Below, in pieces: positions 46,326-61,092 of a stretch of 64,000 nt of DNA. Position 1 is the stretch's first letter; each line of letters starts with the position of its first letter. The notes beneath the pieces were generated by a model. It saw nothing but the letters and a program-made list of their open reading frames with translations. It did not search any database and was not told where the DNA came from. The position numbers and the translations under genes are program-made. This stretch comes from Veleropilina oligotropha (taxonomy: Eukaryota), in the NCBI GenBank assembly GCA_048128005.1, contig JBEUKZ010000009.1:1-64000 (forward strand), in the 5' to 3' direction.

Positions 46326-48714
46326 GGCAACCAATTTGATATATCGCGACGTCTTGAGAAAAATCCCCACCTTTGGCATTTTCAAATGTTGACAGGTCTG
46401 CATAATTCTGCAGGGTCTACATAAGCAGCAACCTGTGTACCAAATATGTGCAAAATCGCTTAAAGGGAATGCCAGTTATTGTCCGGAAACCAAAGCGTGA
46501 CAGCCAAACGGATGGACGGTACAAAAACAATATGTCCCGATACCCACATGGTAGGGGAGACAAAAATTAGTCAGATATATACTAGTTACAAGAAGTTATT
46601 AATTTTTGGACATTTTTTATTACAGAGACAGCGTAACATTGAGCAGATGTTCCAGTTCACGTGTTGCCGAGGACAACTCTGTAAATTATGCAACACGCTT
46701 CGCCTTTATCAGCTTCGCAGGTATATTGATTTCTGATCGTGTGGTGGGATTAGGCACCAGAGATATCCGTCAACACGGCAGTATACCGTTTGGCTCTAGT
46801 TGACAATATGTTCGTGTATTCATCTGTCTTTCAGCTAGAGGTTAATTACACAATTGAGCAATTGAAATACCTAAATTACGGTATTTATATTATTATACAT
46901 ATAATGTATTCCTTCGATGAAATATCCATAGTTGTTATTAACACACGTATATTACAGTATATTATTATGTATATTAATGCGAAATGATTAATATAAGTTT
47001 GGCCTGCTGTCAACTTCCTTGGCTAAGAAATTTATTGCAATGTTCTTTTATATATATATATATGTAATTGTATGTGATTATAAAATATTGTTTAAGCGAA
47101 GTGTAGACCACTCTTACTATCCGACTCTCTGATTAAATAAAATACTTTTATTATATTGGTACAACCAATTATAGGTCAATGGTCCGCATGGGGTCGGAGG
47201 AAAATTATTAGTACATAATACGGGATATCCGATAGAGTGCACCAGCCTCTCCTGGGTTCTCAGCTGCAGATGCAAATTAACGAGTCATTTAGGAATCATT
47301 TTCATGATGATAAGTGTATTCATTTCTTATAGAGTGTATTCATTATGTGTGTATTTCATTATTTATAAGTGTATTCATTTCTTAGGTTAATTTTATTTTC
47401 ATTAATAAGCTTATTTTGAAACGGACACAACATTTTTGGTACTACCAACGTTGTAGTGGTCGTAGCGGTCCCGGTGGCCCTGAATTGTATTAATAATTAA
47501 CCGAAAGCAATTTCTCTGTTTTCTACGCATGGTTAATGGATGTACATCTCATTTAGGTATTATCTGATTTCCCGATCATTCAAGCTTAACTCCACAAAGT
47601 CATGCCATGTATAATTATATAATAATAATTGATACCAGCATATTATAAGTCAGACCGAGTCATACTAGAACTCTATATATGGATAAATGCAATCATTTGT
47701 TCTATCAATGTTATATGAATTTCATCCACTTTGATGATGCATACTAGGAACAGCTAACATATTGGTGTGACACAGTGATCTAACATCATAATTAAATGTC
47801 ACTCTACTTGCTGAATGATAATGAGCCAGTCATGCATGAGTCAGAGGATTTCCTGCACACCTCATTGACAAGGTTATTCTGGGCTGGTCAGTGGAATGTC
47901 AACTTCAAAGCTAATGACAACATGGTCCTGGTGCATATGGGGAGTACTGGTCTAATATTGACCTGTCACCCCAGGAATTCAGACCTGAGTTTGTCAAAAC
48001 CAAATCTGCTGAACACCAGGTATTCTCAGCTCTGTTCTTCTCACAACCAAACCTTCCCCGCAGCAGGCAACTCCACACAGAAATATACTTATTCCATTAT
48101 TCCATAACAAATTACGATGTGAAAATAAATGAATGATAATCAGTTAGGTAATAAATATACCATGCATGCATGATTTAACTTCAACTATTTCATACCAATT
48201 ACATTTAAAACTCAATATATCACGCATATATATATATATATGCATCTTTCAGTTTATTAACATAAGCCGCCGGGACGCACAGTCCTTCACCATGTATCAT
48301 GTTATCTTCTTTATGTTAAAGTAATATCTCAAATTTCAATAAAATTATTCCTAATATCCTATATATCTTAATCATTGTCTTCATATAAACAACAACAACT
48401 TTCGTTAATTGCTCAACATACTACAAGTATAGTTATAGTTAATGAAATTATAGCTATGGTATGTTGTAATTTTAGATTTGATTCCGCCCTGAGGCGAAAC
48501 ATCATGCTGTGAATAATGTACTGTAATACACTCCCACGATGTTGCTCAACAACTAATATTACATATCCACCATGCAGGTCAAATTACAATGTGTTCACTG
48601 TTGATATAGCAGTCGAAAGTCTACTAGCAAATCCTCAACGTCGCAAATGGAGGGAGTGTATCCCCTTCCACAGTGGCCATCAGTGGCGACTAACATGCAT
48701 AATCAAATCAGATT

Positions 48715-49390
48715 AGAATTTTTCACCGCAAGAAATTGCTGCAAACAAATCTCTTCAATCAAAATGGCTGCCACGACGACCATCTTGAATAAAAAAATGA
48801 CACAAATCATTAGGCGACGAGTCCTCATCATACCAAATGTCTATATCAAATTTGAAAAAAATCGGATATTAACTTTTAAATGTAAAGTGTGCACAAGAAA
48901 TCTCGTCATGAATACAAATGGTCGCCATGGTGACCATCTTGGATCCAAAAACAACTAAAATTGTCAGGCAGTGTGTCCTCATCATAAGTAATGCGCATGC
49001 CAAATTTGAATCAACTTGGATAATAACTTTTCACTGTACATACAGCTCGCACAAGAAATCTGATCAAACAAAATGGCTGCCATCTTGAATCTGGCGTCAT
49101 GTCCTCATCACAACGAACACGCATACCAAATATGAATCAAATCGGATAATAACTTTTCACTGTAGAGCGCACACAAGAAATCTCTCCAAACAAAATGGCT
49201 GCCATGGCGACCATCTTGAATCCGAAAACGACGAAAATCATTAGGTGGCGTGTCCTCTTCATAACTGACGTGCACACCAAATCGGATTAGAACCTTTCAC
49301 TGTAGAGTGCACACAAGAAATCTCTGCGGTGGCGACTGAACGATGCCTAAACCATACTATCCCCGAAATGTTAAATTTTGGGGATACAAT
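48715..49390 (+). mobile_element. HINE/Helentron-like element with ~155-bp internal tandem units
   Basis: Repeats of CACAAGAAATCTC...AAAATGGCTGCC...CCATCTTGAAT...GTCCTCATCA and a 3' hairpin TATCCCC...GGGGATA. Related inverted fragments lie at 50040-50125 and ~22240-22350. Confidence 0.6.
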
Positions 49391-51219
49391 TAACTGTACA
49401 TACAAGCACAATGCTGATCTGTTAAGCTTTATAAGATGACAATGCAGAGAGGTGTTAAAATTTATCCTTATAACCCCCTCCCCACCTGCCCCCCCCCCCC
49501 CCACACCTATGTTTACAGTCATGTTCTGGAAAAACTTTCAGAAGTAACTGTCATGGACATAATATCAGGCCAGGCTGCACTGTCTGAGTTCAGCAGCAAC
49601 AGTGCCATGAATGCATGATATCGGGGCCTTGGGACAGCAGCCATCAAGGACATCAAATACATGCAAAGCAGTGTGCAGATTCATTCCAGGCATACATGCC
49701 AATATTTAGGCAGCAAACTGTGACAACTAATTGAAAAACGTCATACCCAAGTGACAATATTCTCCGGAACAATATCACTTGTACAAGCATCATGGTTTAT
49801 TGAATTAAACATAGCAGTATTCCAAAAATATGATACGGATGCCAGAATTAATCAATAAGGAGTGGATATATTTCGTCAGCTTGTATGATGTCTTTAACAA
49901 TACACACACTGTTCAGAATTACTGCATTGTATTAGCCATGGTCTCCGCCATACTCGATACAAGACCTGACAGAGAAAGCTAATAGACACAGAAACCTCAG
50001 ATCGAGAGAGAACAATATATATTATGGACAAAAATGGTCTAATTGTATCCCCGGACTATCTCTACTCGTGGATAGTATGGTTTAGTCATCGTTCAGCCGC
50101 GTCCGCCGCCGCAGAGATTTCTTGTTATAAATGACAGACAGACTACTCTTTTATATATCTAGATACCAAAACCAATGCTTTCACTATAGCCTAGTAATAA
50201 TTCACTCCGGCCAAAACTTCCTACAGGTGAGAACATGATTTGTTCATTTTTGGTGAAATATGATTTTATAATAAAGAATATTCCACTGCAATTATACCCA
50301 GGTTTTGAAAAATGCACTAAAAAATTTTAATTAAAAAGGTTAAAGAAATTTACATTCCAGTCAGTGTTTAATGTGCATATACAATTTTATTTTAAGTCAT
50401 GAATCTATTTGATAGCAGCGTCACTAATCCTTATAAATGCTTTTCATAACATCTGCCAATTAATGAACACTGAAATTAATTCACACTCACAACAGTACAC
50501 CTAATGTGAATGACGCTTTCATATGGTTTCACTGGGAGTAATCAGACTCTTCATATTCCCTACTGACCTGGCATACCTAGGGGCCAGCTGCAGGGCTCTT
50601 TCTGATGTGTTCCTCACTGGGACATCATGCCATGACCAACTGGCTGCAGAGGTCTTATGCTGTCCTGAACATCATCAGCCATTCATGGTCAAGACTCAAG
50701 TTACCATCCCCTGGTACCTTCTGGATGCCTAGCCATCAATCTCCAGAAATTGAAGGCTATCCAGTCACTCACTGGACATTTGGGTCACATTAATAAAAGA
50801 GCAATTTAGAATCCCACTTGTGCAAAATATTTTACTCACTTACTGACAGAGACCAGCATATATGCACTCTATCACACTACATAGTTGATTGTTGCAGTAA
50901 CAGACGATTCCTGCCTGATCTGTTACCAGATGGTATGTCAATGGTGATCTCCAATGAAACCAGTGTTACCATATGGTATACCATAGGGGATCTGCAATGA
51001 CACCAGTACTATCAATTCATGGATCCCAGTGGGAAAATAGACATGATGTAACCGAAACTCTGAATGGAAGGGGACTTGGTGCAAAAAGTTACCAGGCGAC
51101 CATATGGATGTCAGTACAGTATATATATATATATATATACATATATATATACATTGTTGTGTTTCTAATGAAATGGGCGACTTACAAGTTACATTCTGCA
51201 CTGGTTGCAGTGGGTAGCA

Positions 51220-51781
51220 GCATGCCTACCCTATACACCTGTAACTGAGACTGGACACTGCAGCAGGCCAACCCCATACACCTGTTACTGAGACTAATGT
51301 TAGCAGGCCTACCCCATACACCTGTAATTGAGACTAATGGCAGCAGGCCTGCCCCATACACCTGTAACTGAGACTAATGGCAGCAGGCCAACCCCATACA
51401 CCTGTAACTGAGACTAATGTTAGCAGGCCTACCCCATACACCTGTAACTGAGACCAATGGCAGCAGGCCTACCCCATACACCTGCAACTGAGACTGGACA
51501 CGGCAGCAGGCCTACCCCATACACCTGTAACTGAGACTAATGATAGCAGGCCTACCCCATACACCTGTAACTGAGACTGGACATGGCAGCAGGCCTACCC
51601 CATACACCTGTAACTGAGACTAATGGTAGCAGGCCTACCCCATACACCTGTAACTGAGACTAATGGTAGCAGGCCTACCCCATACACCTGTAACTGAGAC
51701 TAATGGTAGCAGGCCTACCCCATACACCTGTAACTGAGACTAATGGTAGAAGGCCAACCCCACACACCTGTAACTGAGACT
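51220..51781. repeat. ~40-bp minisatellite (GCAGCAGGCCTACCCCATACACCTGTAACTGAGACTAATG)n, about 14 units
   Basis: Direct tandem repeat with minor variants. Confidence 0.93.
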
Positions 51782-51952
51782 GTTAGCTTGAAATATTGGC
51801 GATATGTCATAGACATACATGTACTTCATAAATTTATGCAAGTCGTGGTACGATAAAGTAACCTTTAAAGGCACCAAGGGATACGTGTATTTATTCAGTT
51901 ATGTTTCGAGGCCTCTAGGTTCAAAGGGTTATTTACATAAAGAAGCATAAAA

Positions 51953-52302
51953 ATAATAATAATGTGAAGATTTATCTGCGCTTTATCACACAAATACGAA
52001 ATGCGTGCTCAAACGCTTACATTATTATTCCCTGGTTATTGATCTGTTCATTCAATATTCCTTCTCAAATCTCTCTGAGAGTATTATGGTCAAGTACATG
52101 CCTGTTAGGCGCTTGATCAATCATGCTGACATATTCTGCCACTGCCAACCAGGTACCCATTTAGATCTGAGATCGGCTGGATGAACAGAGGCACATATAT
52201 ATATATGCTTAATTTCTTGCCCAAGGGAAGTCGCCGGGATCGGGGTTGAACCCAAAACCTCTCAATGAGAGGCCAGTGCATCTACCACTGAGCCACGGCT
52301 GC
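51953..52302 (-). mobile_element. tRNA-derived CORE-like SINE with an L2-like 3' tail
   Basis: Minus strand: A box TGGCTCAGTGG, B box GGTTCAACCCC, CORE-like CCCTTGGGCAAG...GTGCCTC...AAATGGGTACC, and tail AAGCGTTTGAG...AAAGCGC. Confidence 0.7.
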
Positions 52303-52312
52303 ATATAATAAA

Positions 52313-52631
52313 GGAGGGAGGAATGATGCTTAATATCCTGTATATTTACAACATCGAGGTTCAAGACAGGACATGTCCGCGTTATCGCAGGAGGAAACCC
52401 CGGTCGCCCGGGTAAACCCGCCCTCTTCGGCCAGTCGCGGACAACTGTGATTCATAACTTGAACAAATGTCTATGCCTCAGCCAGGTATTGAACCCACCA
52501 CTGTTCACATTAGCGGAATCAAGCCAGTGAATTTAGAGTGGACACTCTTACCCACTGCGCCGCCGAGTGGACACTATTACCCACTGCGCCGCCGAGTGGA
52601 CACTCTTACCCACTGCGCTGCCGAAGCGGCC
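52313..52631 (-). mobile_element. tRNA-derived SINE (same family as 5727-5985) with triplicated head segment
   Basis: Reverse complement of 5727-5985. A ~29-bp unit GTGGACACTCTTACCCACTGCGCCGCCGA occurs three times. Confidence 0.85.
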
Positions 52632-53337
52632 ACCTTAAGTAAGCCTTGTAATAAGTTGTATATATAGAATATTAGCAGAATGAACAATGTCTTGCCTGTC
52701 ACTGATGGAGGAATGCATGTAGCGGTAGTGCGACACAACTATCACGGAGCACCTCAAATACACCAACGATGTAAACATTGAGAAGACAGTGTCTTGCAGT
52801 AAATAGTCAGGTAACCAAGTGGAGCATTGTGAATCAAGGAGTCGATGGCTTGGCAAACATTACGCATGACATGTGCATCACTGCCAGACTCGGGTACAGA
52901 TATTTTGGAGTTAACACTAATAACAGTCATCCAATGTTAACTGTCTGGCCGGTTGGGTTTCACTAGGCCTTCCATAACTGTCTGGCCGGTTGGGTTTCAC
53001 TAGGCCTCCATATTCCAGCATATTCAATCAGTAGAAAAAAGCTCTTTCGGGCAGCAGCGGAATTATTTCTGACAATTCAACTAGGAAGACACACAAAGAC
53101 GACCCACAGTGATTCAACTAGGAGGACCCACAAAGAAGACCCACAGTGATTCAACTATTCAATGGCAATTAATTTCAATAGAGAAAACTGATGGGGCACA
53201 AGTTATTACTCATTTGAGTCAATAACGAAATGTTTTCAGTGACATAAACTACTCAATACTACCCATACATATAAACCCCAGTCCACACCAAATTATGTAT
53301 GTTTAAACTTTTAGGTCAATAGATGGAGAGGTCATTA

Positions 53338-53518
53338 GGCATTCGGTAGTGGAGATAGAGACTTAAGTCACATGTGGACACAGCTTCAGATACTGATGGC
53401 ATTCAGTGGTGGAGATAGAGACTTAAGTCACCTGTGGACACAGCTTCAGATACTGATGGCATTCAGTGGTGGAGATAGAGACTTAAGTCACCTGTGGACA
53501 CAGCTTCAGATACTGATG
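53338..53518. repeat. 60-bp tandem repeat, three units
   Basis: GGCATTCAGTGGTGGAGATAGAGACTTAAGTCACCTGTGGACACAGCTTCAGATACTGAT repeated three times. Confidence 0.92.
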
Positions 53519-54978
53519 AGGATAATGGCATTTGGTCATAAAAAGATGTAAATTCACACACCTCCATGTCAATATTGACTGAGGAAAACACTGTGATTAA
53601 ATGGGACACCCCTCACACATATCACTGTAAATGAGATTTAGGTAGACTTAGTTTAAATACTGATGTACAACAGTGAGCAATGACAGTTCTAAGGTTCATC
53701 GGAATAAACAGGACATCTCATACTGTAAGCAAATAGTATTTTATACAGTTATACAATCATACATTACTACTTTACTGGTATATATTCCGGAAAAAAATCC
53801 TGGTAACTTCAGGCTTCATGTTGTGGTAGCACCTGAAGCCTTGACATGGTAAACAAGACAGCTACAGTGTTCACACTGATAGATGGATGGTCAATGCATT
53901 TTTATATCAAGATTCTAATTTACTGATATCAAGATATTACAGTAAATAAAACTCAAAAATATCTGGATAATCACAACTATGCATATATACACGTATATAT
54001 ATACATAGGCAGATAAAGCAATCACATATTATCAGTGTCAAAGGTATAATGTTGATTGTTATCAGGACCAAATAATCAGCATCATCTGTCATAATATGAT
54101 ATATATATATATATATAATATATATATATATTATATATAAATATAAGGATCAAGAGTGATCATGATATAATACATCAATATGTAATAGAAATACACTGTC
54201 CGGCCGAACAATATATATATACACATAACAGCCAGAGCAAGGCTTAATATGTCTATATTGCTGAGGGTTGGCAGCTGTATTATGTATTATACACACCACG
54301 GAAATATCATGTAAATTGCAAGCTGTCTCCCCTTAAAACACGACATTGCCCAACATAACATGCTCATGAGCATGATAGTGGACTCTTCCATTGGGAAGTT
54401 GTCAAATCCTTGGTCACTCATTGTAGGGCCTCTTTGATAGATTGTGTTCTGGAAGAGGTTGATAGATGGAAGATGGCTTCGAATCGAATACGCAGTACCG
54501 AAATTGGATGATGTAAAGATGGCGGCATATAAGTCTTCATTCGAAGACCTCGCAGTTTTCTTGCCGATTTACATCGGATAGTGAAACACGGCACACAACA
54601 TTAATATTATGTAGATATATATACACAATTACATTTGCAGTTAATCTCAATTTATTATTAAGACTCATGGTTTTAAACTTTCCCCATTAATTAATACAAA
54701 TATAAAGGCACTTTCATTTTCATTTTAATGTACTCTATAATGACTTGTATTTTGATCAATTCGTCGTATTTTCTATTTCAACTGTTATCAATTACCTTTG
54801 TTTTTTTATTTGTCTAATATTCAACAATAATTGCTGTTATCCATCAAGAAATCCAGTGACAAGCAAATTTGTTACATCTAACTAACCGAACGCGTATCGT
54901 TGTTCGCCATCTTGGAAGACAAGCTAATCCTGCTTGAGGGATGGAAGAGCGGTAGAGATCTTCCGCTTCTGGAATTCG

Positions 54979-56757
<1,779 letters not shown>

Positions 56758-58394
56758 TATATATATATATATATTCGTCTACCATCTCAATCGAAGATGT
56801 GAGAATTTGTAATCCAGAATAAGAAGAGGACAATCGAAGAGGCCCTTAGTCTAGACTGCTCTGAGTGAGCAGAGTCAACCCATTGTTATCTTGTTAAATG
56901 GAACAAAAGTGAAGTTAAAACTAAGAGGCCTATAATTGTTCAAATAACCAACCCCATGGTGTGTATGGTCACATATCAACTAATTACTTCACAAAAAAGC
57001 CCATCGAATTTTTCAAATTTTAACAGTCTAGAAATCGTTGCTTAACTGTGAATAATGATTATCAATAACCAGTATGTTCATTGCAACTTGGAGGTGACCT
57101 GACTTGAGTGATTTAACTTCAGGGATGAACCTTTACTGCTGACAGAGACTGATTTCAATACAAGCTGACATATGCATGGATCAAGCATATAAATTAACAT
57201 TGATGCAGAATAGTAATATGAGGTTTTAAGGTAAACCTAATATTAGTTAAAACATACTTACGTCCTTACTCTTGCCATAATAGTCATATTATCGCTAACC
57301 GGAAACAGTGAATAAAGTCACATTTATGCACTAATTAAGTCAAAACATACCACGATCACCTCCCCTGCTTCCCCTCTCTAAGTTCCTCCAGCGAGATCTC
57401 GCCAAGTCTCGCGAGACATCCGGGCTATCAAGTCACCAGACATCAATTCAAAGTTCAGAACCCCAAAGGAACTTAGCAGAGGGGAGGAATGCGAAGCAGG
57501 GTGGGTAATCGTGGTAAGGACGTAAGTATGTTTTAACTAATATTAGGTTTACCTTAAAACCTCATATGTAGTTACAAACTTACTTACGTCCTTACTCTTG
57601 CCAGAATAACCTTGGATAGGTGGGTAAGAAGTTCCTTACAGCAAACCCAAACAAGATAATGACTTACTTTTCACCATGTCAATCAGCTCGAAGCGTCGAT
57701 TGTGTCCGCCCAGAGTGGAATTTACTGAGAATTATATTCAACTCTTACCAAGCGAGAATTTCGACCAGTGTTACCGGGAGAATACGCCGTGGTGTTAGTC
57801 GGACGAGGTGAACGGAAGTGCAATCAGCCCCAGGCACGGCCGGAAGGATGAATCCCTGTAGGTCTTACGTGTCATGGGCCAGTGGCAGCCAAATGGTACT
57901 CCTGGCCAAAGGCCGGTAGCCAGAGGATGCAGTCGGATTTGTAAGCACACGGAACCTAATAGGTTGTGAAAGCGTGAAATCAAAGCAAAGAATTAATAGA
58001 TTAAATAAATAATCAATATTAATAATTGATTCGCATGACCAACTTGCGAAATGCTAACATGTAAGACATGTTACTTAAAATAAATTTAAAGGAAGCAAAT
58101 ATTATATTTTTTCCAATGTCATGAACATCGTATGGTCTATACAGCATAGAACATCAATAATATTGAACCTCAAATCTTATAAGATTTTTGCAATATATTT
58201 GTTTATTAAATTCAATGTAATCTGGCTTGTCAAGATACTCAGGAATGACATGAAGTACAAAATCTTAAAATGTTTTTAAGAAATGAACAGACATTGAATC
58301 GCCTCATAACGTGTCTATTTCATAGAACAACTAGGCCAACAAATAACAATGCGTCAGCAAGAATTATGTAAATTGATCAATCAACAAATAATAC

Positions 58395-60839
58395 TCACTG
58401 ATTAGACGACCTCGGTCTAACAATACAACGTTGAGCAGCCACGCACTGTAGGGTGTTCAACTCGTCAGCCCCGGTAGAATAGTCCCGCAGATAATACTTA
58501 ACAAAGACATTTGGAATCTTCCAGTAAGCCGCTTGAAGCAACGCTGTAATATTTAAATTATGTCGGAAGGCAATGGACGCAGCAATTGCACGGACCTCGT
58601 GCGCGCGCACGGATAAAATAGTGCGGTCTACTTCTTCACAGCGAGAGTACACATCTCTCACCACCTGTGAAATCCACCGCGAAACAGTAGTCTTTGTAAT
58701 GTCGTGGGTGAAGGAAGGTAAATACGAAATGAATAAACGCAATTTTCCTTGCCGTAGATCACGGGTTCTGTCGAGGTAGAAGCGCAGGGCCCGTACGGGG
58801 CAATTTAACCGGTCTTCATCATGCCTTCCGACCAGCGTAAGCTTGGGAATAATAATATCAGGTGCGTCCTCGTTCGGCCGTTGGTTCTTGGCGAGGAAGC
58901 CCAGAACAGGACGCAGCATCACCGACCCGTCTGACTGGAATCTAATATCACGGAGCTCGGCGGATAAGCTATGAATCTCGGAACAACGCCTGCCCGATGC
59001 TAAGGCGATCAGAAAAACCGTTTTGTGCGTTAAGTTCCTCATAGACACCGTGGACATCGGCTCGTACGGGGGTAAGTGTAGAGCGTTAAGAATTAGAACA
59101 ATATTCCAGGCAGGTGGCCGAATGGTTCGGGTCGGCATCTCGAGTTCGTAGGATCGAATAAAATCTGAAATCGTATGGTCGTTAGAGAGGCCAGCATGGG
59201 CACGACACTGTTTTAACGTGGTCGCGATCGTTGCCCGATAGCCTTTGACGGCGGACACTGACATACCGATGTCGAAGAGCGACGATAAAAACTCGATAAA
59301 CTTGTTCACAGGGGGACGGAGTATATTGACCTGCCTGCTGTGACACCAATCCACGTACTTAACCCATCGGTAGTCATAAACTTTTGTCGTGGAAAGCCTT
59401 CTCGATCGATAGATGCGTAGGGCTGTTGCGTGAGAAAATCCTTTCTTAGCAAGGGATCGTTCGATAACCGCCAGGCGTGTAAACGTAAGTCGTTCGGCGA
59501 TTCGTGGAGTACACGGGTGCGCGGCTGCATTAACAGGTCCAGTTTCTGCGGTAGCGCTAACGGTCGATCGACGATCAGATCGAGGAGGTTCGGAAACCAA
59601 GGTTGCGTGCGATACAGGGGCGCTATTAGCGTTATCTCGCAACGTTCGTTCGATGCCTTCTGTAATACCAGTGATAGAATGCACGACGGGGGGAAGGCAT
59701 ACGCGGACAGATTCTCCCATGTCATTGACAGTGCGTCGACCGCTAGGGCGGCCGGGTCCGGGTACGGGGAGACATACAGAGGTAGTCGGTAATTGAATTC
59801 TGTTGCAAACAGATCGACTTGGGGTTGCGACCACCGGCGGCAAACATCCCGAGCTACTCGGCTGTGTAGCGTCCACTCTGTGTGTATTATCTGTGATTTC
59901 CGAGAGAGCGAATCCGCTCTGACATTCAGCTTTCCCGGGATGTGTCGGGCTCGAATCGTCGAGTTGAGGGACATCACTAGGCGGTGTAGGTCTATTGCTC
60001 GGTCGCAAAGGGGACGCGAGCGAGTGCCGCCCTGGTGCTGGATGTAAGCGACGACAGTCGTGTTGTCCGTGGCGAGCATTATGTGCTTGTTGCGGAGATG
60101 TGACGAGAGGGACCGTACTGACAGGTAGACGGCTTCTAACTCTAGAAAGTTGATGTGTCGTCCCTGAAGGTCCGTCGGCCATAGGCCTGATGTCTCGTAA
60201 CTGTAGAGGTGACCACCCCAGCCGTCGTTCGAAGCGTCTGTGAACAGGTAAGCGTTCGGCTCTGGCGGGGAGATAGGAACCGACTGGTCCGGCAAAGCAG
60301 GGTTCAACCACACTGCTGTTGTGCTGGTAAACCAATGCCGTAGATCGATGCGATCCGTCCACTGCCCCGTCCGTTGTATCCAGCGATCCCTGAACGCCTG
60401 CTGCAACGGTCGTTTGTCCATGCGACCCGTCGGTAGCAGGGTCGCTACCGACTCGATGTGCCCTAGGACAGTGGCCAGTTGTCGCGCCGTAGTTACGTCC
60501 GATGACAGGGTGTCTAGGATAACCGCGCGTAGGTTCCGCATACGCTTCTGGGTCGGCTTCGCGGTGTACCGGACCGTATCGAAGTCGACTCCGAGGAACG
60601 TAAACGTCGTCGAGGGCACGAAGCAGGATTTTGTCTCGTTGATCTGAAATCCCAGGCGCTTCGTCGATGACAGGGTAAAGCTCGTAGACCGGAGGCACAG
60701 ATCCCGGGACGCCCCGAGGATCAGCCAGTCGTCGAGGTACATATGTACCCTGTGCCCTAGAGAGTGTAGGAAGGCCCCTAGGGCCTGTACTGTTCTCGTG
60801 AAGACGTAAGGGGCTGACGATAGACCGAACGGTAGGCAC
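58395..60839 (-). CDS. DIRS copy 3 ORF3, tyrosine recombinase (5' part lost or interrupted)
   Basis: GRRCSEI, HEVR, AYW and KYYL; colinear with 39758-42715. Confidence 0.88.
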   Translation of the reverse strand: MPTVRSIVSPLRLHENSTGPRGLPTLSRAQGTYVPRRLADPRGVPGSVPPVYELYPVIDEAPGISDQRDKILLRALDDVYVPRSRLRYGPVHREADPEAYAEPTRGYPRHPVIGRNYGATTGHCPRAHRVGSDPATDGSHGQTTVAAGVQGSLDTTDGAVDGSHRSTALVYQHNSSVVEPCFAGPVGSYLPARAERLPVHRRFERRLGWSPLQLRDIRPMADGPSGTTHQLSRVRSRLPVSTVPLVTSPQQAHNARHGQHDCRRLHPAPGRHSLASPLRPSNRPTPPSDVPQLDDSSPTHPGKAECQSGFALSEITDNTHRVDATQPSSSGCLPPVVATPSRSVCNRIQLPTTSVCLPVPGPGRPSGRRTVNDMGESVRVCLPPVVHSITGITEGIERTLRDNANSAPVSHATLVSEPPRSDRRSTVSATAETGPVNAAAHPCTPRIAERLTFTRLAVIERSLAKKGFSHATALRIYRSRRLSTTKVYDYRWVKYVDWCHSRQVNILRPPVNKFIEFLSSLFDIGMSVSAVKGYRATIATTLKQCRAHAGLSNDHTISDFIRSYELEMPTRTIRPPAWNIVLILNALHLPPYEPMSTVSMRNLTHKTVFLIALASGRRCSEIHSLSAELRDIRFQSDGSVMLRPVLGFLAKNQRPNEDAPDIIIPKLTLVGRHDEDRLNCPVRALRFYLDRTRDLRQGKLRLFISYLPSFTHDITKTTVSRWISQVVRDVYSRCEEVDRTILSVRAHEVRAIAASIAFRHNLNITALLQAAYWKIPNVFVKYYLRDYSTGADELNTLQCVAAQRCIVRPRSSNQ

Positions 60840-61092
60840 CTGAATTGGTAGATCGTCTCCCCGTGTATAAACCGAAGGTACTGATGAGCCGTGACATGCA
60901 TCGGGACATGCAGATACGCGTCGGTCAGATCGATAGACGCTGCCCAGTCGCCCGGACGGATGGCCGCTCGAATCTTCGAGAGGGTTTCTTGCTGGAATTT
61001 CTCGGTACGAAGATATCGGTTGAGAAATGAGAGATCGAGGATCGGTCTCAAGCGGCCATCGGGTTTCGGGACCAGGAAGAAATGGCTGTAAA
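59306..61092 (-). CDS. DIRS copy 3 ORF2, RT-RNaseH-MT, truncated at the N-terminus by insertion
   Basis: RPILDL, YLDD, TDAS and YAFPP; colinear with copy 2. Confidence 0.88.

Larger units (their letters stand above)
57218..61092 (-). mobile_element. DIRS copy 3 (3' part; interrupted in the RT by the next element)
   Basis: ITR ~57218-57456, ICR ~57515-57603, YR and RT-RH-MT ORFs. Sequence switches to a new ITR at 61093. Confidence 0.95.

Noticed and set aside
47796..48107. ORF with W..QWNVNF resembling CR1 RT, and other faint LINE-like patches (34680-35000, 35760-36170, 50520-51110)
   Set aside because: Too decayed to call with confidence without a database search.
51220..51781. CRISPR-like appearance of the ~40-bp repeats (also the 26-bp array at 18185-18925)
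   Set aside because: No unique spacers, no cas genes, and a eukaryotic context.
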